A DNA stretch of 64,000 nucleotides, taken from the IMG/VR virus record IMGVR_UViG_3300020294_000003. The stretch is one strand, 5' to 3'. This document shows, piece by piece, positions 58,389-64,000 of the stretch. Position 1 is the stretch's first letter. Each line of letters opens with the position of its first letter. The position numbers were made by a program, and so were the translations under genes. The notes under the pieces were generated by a model. The model was not told the DNA's origin and did no database searches. It saw nothing but the letters and a program-made list of their open reading frames with translations. This stretch comes from an uncultured virus (IMG/VR IMGVR_UViG_3300020294_000003) (lineage: Duplodnaviria; Heunggongvirae; Uroviricota; Caudoviricetes).

Positions 58389-61300
58389 TTATACCGCCAA
58401 TGCAATTCCTCTCATATCTTTTATAACAGGTGCATATGCTGAGTTTGTTCCTTTCATAACAATTTTAATTTGAAATGCAGTAAACTCATTTAATCCTGAT
58501 ACAGAATATTTGTATTCTTTAAATGTTTCATTATCTTCAGCAGGTGTAACCGTTGTATCCGAAGTACCTGTTGTGTTAAATGGAATCCAACTTAAATCGT
58601 TTATATTTCTTGCCTCTTCGGAAGATGTTGTTCTAAAATAAACTTCTACACTTGAAGTTGATCTTATATTAGAAGTTAATCTTACGTCAATAGCAGTAGA
58701 TAAATTTTCTAGTATAACTGGTTTAGTTAAGTATGAAGCAGCAGATGATGTACCAACATTAGTTGTATCTGAAACATAATTAACATCACTTACACTCGGT
58801 TGATTTATTCTGTTTTGAATTGTAAATGCACTAACTCTTTGTAAATCTATAACAGGAGAAACTTTTGTATTTGAAGTTGACATAACACAATTTACAAATA
58901 AAGATTTATTTCCTGTCATTTCATTTGTTTCATTTATAGAACTTGCAACCATTTGAGGTGCTGTAAAATAAATGTTGTCATTTGCAATAACATTTTCAGC
59001 ACTACCTGAACTTGTTAAACTAAATTCTGATTCACTTCCACTTATTGATCTACCTGTTGTAGGTCTTATTGTATAAGAAATATTTGTTCCTGCAACGGTC
59101 ATAGTTTGTAAACTTAAATTTAATACATCATATAATCTGTTTTGTGTTGCTGTTACAGCATTTGAACCAATATCACCTGATTGACTAGGATTTACAATTG
59201 ATCCTGTGAAAGAAGTATTATGTGATGGATTAATATCGTAACTATCTAAAGTTACGTTTGAAATTTGAGTGTATGTTCCGTTAATTTGATCGGCACTTAA
59301 TCCGTTTAAAGCACCACCTGTAGGAACTCCTCCGATAGTTACATTATTACTTGTACCGTGCATACCGTGGTTAGGATGTGATACTCTTAAAGTTGCCGAA
59401 CTATCTGACAATGTTCTAATAGGATTATTTTTAAGTGTCTTAACAGGCAAACTTTCATTTACTAAAGTAGCAGTACCAGTTACATTACTAAATTCTGCTC
59501 TTTTAATTTTAAATTTAACATCTTCGTTTTGTTCAGCAGTCCAAGTTGAACCGTTTTGTGATTTAAACATAACACCTGCATAAGGTTGTTGAGATATTGT
59601 TCTATCAGAACCTAATACTTTTTCACCTAGTCTTCCAACATAAGCAGTATAGTTATTTGAGTTTGCTAATAATACAAAACAATATTCTGTATTCTCTTGT
59701 ATGTAAACAGGAGAATCAAATGTAAATGTTGTTGCAGTTGTACCATCTGTACTTGTATTTACAGCACTAGGATTTAAAGTCTTTTCTGAAAAAGGTAATA
59801 TTACTGATCCAGGATAACCATTTACAACTTCTCTTATTTGTAAAGTTATAGGTATATTTGAATCTTTACTTCCAAAATACATATCCATTGATGTTAAGAA
59901 TACACCACCGACATCATCTATTAAGAAAGTTTGTGCTAATGGATCAGTCCAACCAATTGTTCTTGTTGATGATCTAGTTGACGTTCTAGTAATTGATCTA
60001 GTTTCGCTTGTATCTGTTCTAACAAGTTGTGGTTCTCTTGTTGAAATAATTGTATTTTGTACCGTTTCTAAAATACCTCTAGCAACATAATCTGTTTCTG
60101 CTGAAGTTTCAACATCATTTCTACTATCATTTTGATTACTAGTTAATCTGAATACTCTTGTACCTGTTCTCCATCTAGGATTTGAGTTGTCTGCAGGATC
60201 AGGTATTGTAAATGTACCTGATACAGAACCATTATTATCTGTATCTAAATTTGCACCAGATGATGGAGTTACATAAGTGGATATATTAACATCATCAAAA
60301 AAAGCATAAACTCTAGTATTAGGTTTCATTCTAGTACCAGTAAATGATAATGTTCTACTTCTTATAAACGGAACAAATGCAACATTAACTATTCTATCAC
60401 CAATATTATTTCTAACCGTTTGAGGAACTAATCTTTGTCTTACACCTGTTCTAGTTTGATTAACTTGTTGAGAAGATGTAATTTCTGTATTTCTAAAAAT
60501 TCTTCTACCACTTCTTTGATTACCTGAAACATCTCTACTTGAAACATCTCTTGGAGTACCTGTCCAAAAATCTTGCCAATCATTCCATATTGATCCTATT
60601 TCTATACCTTGATTTTGTTGACTTTGAGGTAAACCTGAAACTAAACTATCAAATGCACCTGTATTATTAATAACTAATTGTGGTGCTCTATTTGTTTCTT
60701 TCCACTCGTCTGATGGTGGTGTTAATTCAATAGTACCTGACCAATTAAATACGTCAAATGGATTAACATTAACCGTTTTACTTGCAAAAGGTTGATCTAT
60801 TAAAGTTGTTTCTGTATATGGTAAAGTTAAACAATCTCCAGTCTTTTGATAACTTGCAGCCGTTCTATCTGCTGATAATATAGCAGTACCGTCTTCGTCT
60901 GCCTCAATTAATTTAACAGCGTCTTCATTAAAAGTAGGTCTTAATTGACCTTGCGCCATATCCATTGCCGCTTTGTAATCTCTATTTTTAGGATCACCTA
61001 CACCGTGACCTGTAAAGTTATCTACAATAAATCCGTTTTTAAATCTATCAAAACCAGCAGCGTCTTGTATTTGTAAATTCTGTGCCTGTGTTTCTAGTAA
61101 AGATAATTGAGTATAGTATTCTACGTTTTCAATTCTACTTTCTAGTTTACCAATATCTCTCATTGTATATCTTCTATTATCAACTTGTGTAATTTTTATA
61201 TCGTCTGTTGATAAAGTGTAAGCAGGAATATCTAAAGTGTATAGGTGCATTGCGCCATCTAAAGTTTTAGGAACTTGTGGATCTAAAGCACTTGCACCTT

Positions 61301-64000
61301 TTACTACTTTAAATGCACCTTCTTTATCTAAAAATATTTTATCTATTCTAGGTAAGTAATACTCAAAGTCAGTAGTTATATCTGTTCCAAATTTAACAAC
61401 ATCTAAAACAGAAGCGTTTTGACCTGTATCAAAATCTCTATCAAATTCACCTGCATTTATAGTTGAGTTATCTGCAACTCTAGGTCTAAAATCTAAACAA
61501 TCTCTTAACTCAAAAGTTTTACCTGTTGTATCTGAACTATAACTAGGTATATTTGCATAATCTACAACTCCTGTATAAGAGTCAACATCAAAGTAATCTC
61601 CAGAACCGTGAGTAAAGAAATCAAACATAATTCTTAATGAACCTGTTGGTTCTAACTCACCTGTTTTTAATTTAATTCTACCTTGATCGTAATAGTTATC
61701 TCTTTGTCCGTTATCTAATTCGTATCTTTCTGTAATATCAACTTCACCTGAGGTACTATAAGCACCAAAAGAAGTTGCCATTTTAACACTTGTTAATTGA
61801 TAAATGTCTGCCTTACTTAAATTTATTCCGCCTTGTTTAATACAATCTGCTAAAGAAGTTACATCTTTAGTAGAACCAGAAACTAAAGTTTTTGATTTAG
61901 AACCAGCAGTTGATCTATTTACGGTTGCAATTATTTTTATTTTTGCGTTGGCATAATTAGAACCAAAATCAAATACACTTGTTCCATTACCTGATGGTTG
62001 AGTAAATATAGGATTACCATCGTGGTTATTTCCTATTGTAGTTAATACATCTCCAGTAGCACCAGCAGTTGCACTTCCAACATCATCTATTGCAATTAAA
62101 TAATCTGAATCACTTGCACTAGAAGGAAATGATTCATTTGTTCCTGCAGTAATCTGACCAGAACCACCTGATAAAGTTACAACGAATGCTCTTCTAACAG
62201 CAAAACTTGTATCTGTAATATTTGAATTACTAGCAGTTTTTAATGTTTTAATATTATCATATGGTAATTTAAATATAGAAATGTTTTTGTTTGAGTCTTG
62301 TAATTTTGCTCTTCGTCTTGTTGCAACGGTTTTAGTTGAAGCGGCAGCAACATTAGAACCTAAAGTTAAACTATTATCTGAAATAATTGCTTCTATTCTT
62401 TTTACTTCAGTTGTACCACTATCGTTTGTAAATGAAATAGAATCACCTATTTTTAATTCAGTTGTAAATCTTGTATTAACACCTGTTACAGCATCACTAC
62501 CATTTGCAATATCTAATTGACCAGAGATTACAACATTTTCTCCATCTGTATCTAAAGAAGTATCTGAACTATAAGTTGCTGTTCCTGGTCCATAAACTTG
62601 TTTAACAGATGAGAAGTCCCAACTTCTTACACCTTTAAATCCTACAGCGTCTGATTGTATAGTTGCGTCTAAAGTAGAAACAGCACCTCTAATAACTTCT
62701 CCAGAAGTAAATTCTCCATTAACACTTGAAACAACTACAACTCCGTGTAAAGCATTACCTGAAGATGTATATTGATTTATATTTGTAGGTGTTACACCAT
62801 CTGCTCTGTATAATTCAAAATCGTTTGTATTTGGATTTCTTACCGTAAATACATCACTAGTTGTTATTGAAACCGTTTGATCTTGTGCTGATATAGCACT
62901 AAATTTTATTTGTTGTCCTTCTTTAAATCCGTGAGCAGTTGCACTTGCAACACCTGGACTTGCAATTGAAATAGATGAAACTGCTTTTGCTGAAATAGTT
63001 GAAGCGTCCTCTACCGTAGCAGTAGCACCTGAATTATCTCCTGTTATTTTTTCACCTTTTGTAAATTGAACATTACTATTAATGTTCAAGTGTGTAAACA
63101 TATTAATATCAAATAGATAATGTTTAAATACACTTGTTGTTAATCCTGCACTAGAATAAATGTTTGCAGTTGCAGTACCAGATTTATATTCAAAACCTTT
63201 TGTTTTAGCACGACCTATTGTATAGATACTTGCTTCTGATCCTGTGTTACCTGTACCACGAACAGCAGTTGGTTCACTATATAAATGTAAATTTCTAAAT
63301 GCTAATGTTTCACCTGGAACAGCACCATAGTCTGGTGTATTAAAAACATTAGTTACATTAACAAAGTTACCTACATCAAATCTTGTAGGGAAAGCATTTT
63401 GATTATTAAAATCTCTTGCCTTATCTACATCAACATATCTAGTACCGATAGTTTCAATTTCATATCCACGTACATATGCTTTACCTGGTGCAAGACCAGC
63501 AGCAATTTTACTTTCTGATCCACCATTAGCGGCAGTATAAATTCCTCTATTGTTTGCTGATATTAAATGTTCTCTTAAATCTAAATCAAAACCTCTTATA
63601 GAATAATCACCTGACTCGTCATATGTTCTACGAGCAAAAGTATCTTCTAATACAGCGTATTCAGTTGTTCTAACTTGATTTTGTAATATACCTTGATTTA
63701 ATCTTAATAACTCTACAAAGTTTGCGTCATCTGTAGCACCAATAGCTTTTTTAGTTAATGTTAAATCTATTTTAAATCTATGAGCACCTGGAGCGTTTGT
63801 ATTTGAAACACCTTGAGCATTATCATTTAAAGTATTATCTTGTGTAGGAGTTACAAAAGATTCTGTAACTAATAAACCTACTCTATAACTAGGTGTGTTT
63901 GAATATTTGTCTAAAACTATTGTTTGTTCAGAAACGGTTACTAAAAATCCGTTTATGTAATATGATCCTGCATTTACTTGAGCAGCAGCACCTGTAGCAG
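58389..64000 (-). CDS. large DUF4815/VrlC-like virion structural protein, 5' end outside the window
   Basis: The frame continues upstream of the track start at 63101 (...VFKHYLFDINMF; APGAHRFKIDL; FARRTYDESGDY). Contains RRYTMRDIG, DRFKNGFIVDNF, DPLAQTF. Confidence 0.88.
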   Translation of the reverse strand, partial: ATGAAAQVNAGSYYINGFLVTVSEQTIVLDKYSNTPSYRVGLLVTESFVTPTQDNTLNDNAQGVSNTNAPGAHRFKIDLTLTKKAIGATDDANFVELLRLNQGILQNQVRTTEYAVLEDTFARRTYDESGDYSIRGFDLDLREHLISANNRGIYTAANGGSESKIAAGLAPGKAYVRGYEIETIGTRYVDVDKARDFNNQNAFPTRFDVGNFVNVTNVFNTPDYGAVPGETLAFRNLHLYSEPTAVRGTGNTGSEASIYTIGRAKTKGFEYKSGTATANIYSSAGLTTSVFKHYLFDINMFTHLNINSNVQFTKGEKITGDNSGATATVEDASTISAKAVSSISIASPGVASATAHGFKEGQQIKFSAISAQDQTVSITTSDVFTVRNPNTNDFELYRADGVTPTNINQYTSSGNALHGVVVVSSVNGEFTSGEVIRGAVSTLDATIQSDAVGFKGVRSWDFSSVKQVYGPGTATYSSDTSLDTDGENVVISGQLDIANGSDAVTGVNTRFTTELKIGDSISFTNDSGTTEVKRIEAIISDNSLTLGSNVAAASTKTVATRRRAKLQDSNKNISIFKLPYDNIKTLKTASNSNITDTSFAVRRAFVVTLSGGSGQITAGTNESFPSSASDSDYLIAIDDVGSATAGATGDVLTTIGNNHDGNPIFTQPSGNGTSVFDFGSNYANAKIKIIATVNRSTAGSKSKTLVSGSTKDVTSLADCIKQGGINLSKADIYQLTSVKMATSFGAYSTSGEVDITERYELDNGQRDNYYDQGRIKLKTGELEPTGSLRIMFDFFTHGSGDYFDVDSYTGVVDYANIPSYSSDTTGKTFELRDCLDFRPRVADNSTINAGEFDRDFDTGQNASVLDVVKFGTDITTDFEYYLPRIDKIFLDKEGAFKVVKGASALDPQVPKTLDGAMHLYTLDIPAYTLSTDDIKITQVDNRRYTMRDIGKLESRIENVEYYTQLSLLETQAQNLQIQDAAGFDRFKNGFIVDNFTGHGVGDPKNRDYKAAMDMAQGQLRPTFNEDAVKLIEADEDGTAILSADRTAASYQKTGDCLTLPYTETTLIDQPFASKTVNVNPFDVFNWSGTIELTPPSDEWKETNRAPQLVINNTGAFDSLVSGLPQSQQNQGIEIGSIWNDWQDFWTGTPRDVSSRDVSGNQRSGRRIFRNTEITSSQQVNQTRTGVRQRLVPQTVRNNIGDRIVNVAFVPFIRSRTLSFTGTRMKPNTRVYAFFDDVNISTYVTPSSGANLDTDNNGSVSGTFTIPDPADNSNPRWRTGTRVFRLTSNQNDSRNDVETSAETDYVARGILETVQNTIISTREPQLVRTDTSETRSITRTSTRSSTRTIGWTDPLAQTFLIDDVGGVFLTSMDMYFGSKDSNIPITLQIREVVNGYPGSVILPFSEKTLNPSAVNTSTDGTTATTFTFDSPVYIQENTEYCFVLLANSNNYTAYVGRLGEKVLGSDRTISQQPYAGVMFKSQNGSTWTAEQNEDVKFKIKRAEFSNVTGTATLVNESLPVKTLKNNPIRTLSDSSATLRVSHPNHGMHGTSNNVTIGGVPTGGALNGLSADQINGTYTQISNVTLDSYDINPSHNTSFTGSIVNPSQSGDIGSNAVTATQNRLYDVLNLSLQTMTVAGTNISYTIRPTTGRSISGSESEFSLTSSGSAENVIANDNIYFTAPQMVASSINETNEMTGNKSLFVNCVMSTSNTKVSPVIDLQRVSAFTIQNRINQPSVSDVNYVSDTTNVGTSSAASYLTKPVILENLSTAIDVRLTSNIRSTSSVEVYFRTTSSEEARNINDLSWIPFNTTGTSDTTVTPAEDNETFKEYKYSVSGLNEFTAFQIKIVMKGTNSAYAPVIKDMRGIALAV

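Noticed and set aside
1591..62520. Numerous 60-150 aa ORFs opposite or nested in long genes (e.g. 19611-20060, 33335-33748, 43208-43564, 54283-54615)
   Set aside because: Shadow frames of well-supported genes, with atypical composition.
58389..63101. ORF-track start at 63101
   Set aside because: The frame continues upstream with conserved motifs to the window edge; the true start is outside the window.
1..64000. Alternative genetic code, introns or inteins in core genes
   Set aside because: gp17, gp18, gp20, gp23, gp46 and uvsW are intact at normal lengths under the standard code, and TAA, TAG and TGA all serve as stops.
1..64000. Avoidance of GATC or GANTC
   Set aside because: Both motifs are readily found throughout. 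CCGG and CGCG also looked rare, but the low GC content prevents a call without counting.

Overview
AT-rich segment of a T4-like (myovirus) phage genome, most likely a marine phage of a heterotrophic alphaproteobacterium (pelagiphage-like; the host is inferred from gene content and the pcyX/hemO pair, not shown). Most genes lie on the minus strand. In window order they are: a partial HExxH/VWA (CobT-like) gene; a candidate DNA-modification block (methyltransferase, 2OG-Fe oxygenase, beta-glucosyltransferase-like protein, PLP enzyme); peptide deformylase; gp46/gp47/gp55; uvsW/uvsY; the head, tail, packaging and neck module (gp3, gp23-gp13); bilin-synthesis genes; a tail-fibre/adaptor cluster; and a large partial DUF4815-type virion protein at the right edge. 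Embedded among the fibre genes is a 13.5-kb plus-strand island of 16 mostly tailoring-enzyme genes (2OG/TauD oxygenases, radical SAM, GNAT, SGNH, DegT aminotransferase, carbamoyltransferase, nitroreductases, methyltransferase, glycosyltransferases), with paired sigma70 and late promoters. Signals read directly from the DNA: apparent window-wide avoidance of CATG and ACWGT through synonymous codon switching; many promoters placed 5-9 nt before an ATG (leaderless mRNAs); and an orphan antisense promoter with palindromes upstream of gp55. No tRNA, CRISPR array or mobile element was recognised. All calls come from motif recognition by eye; no database searches or counts were run.
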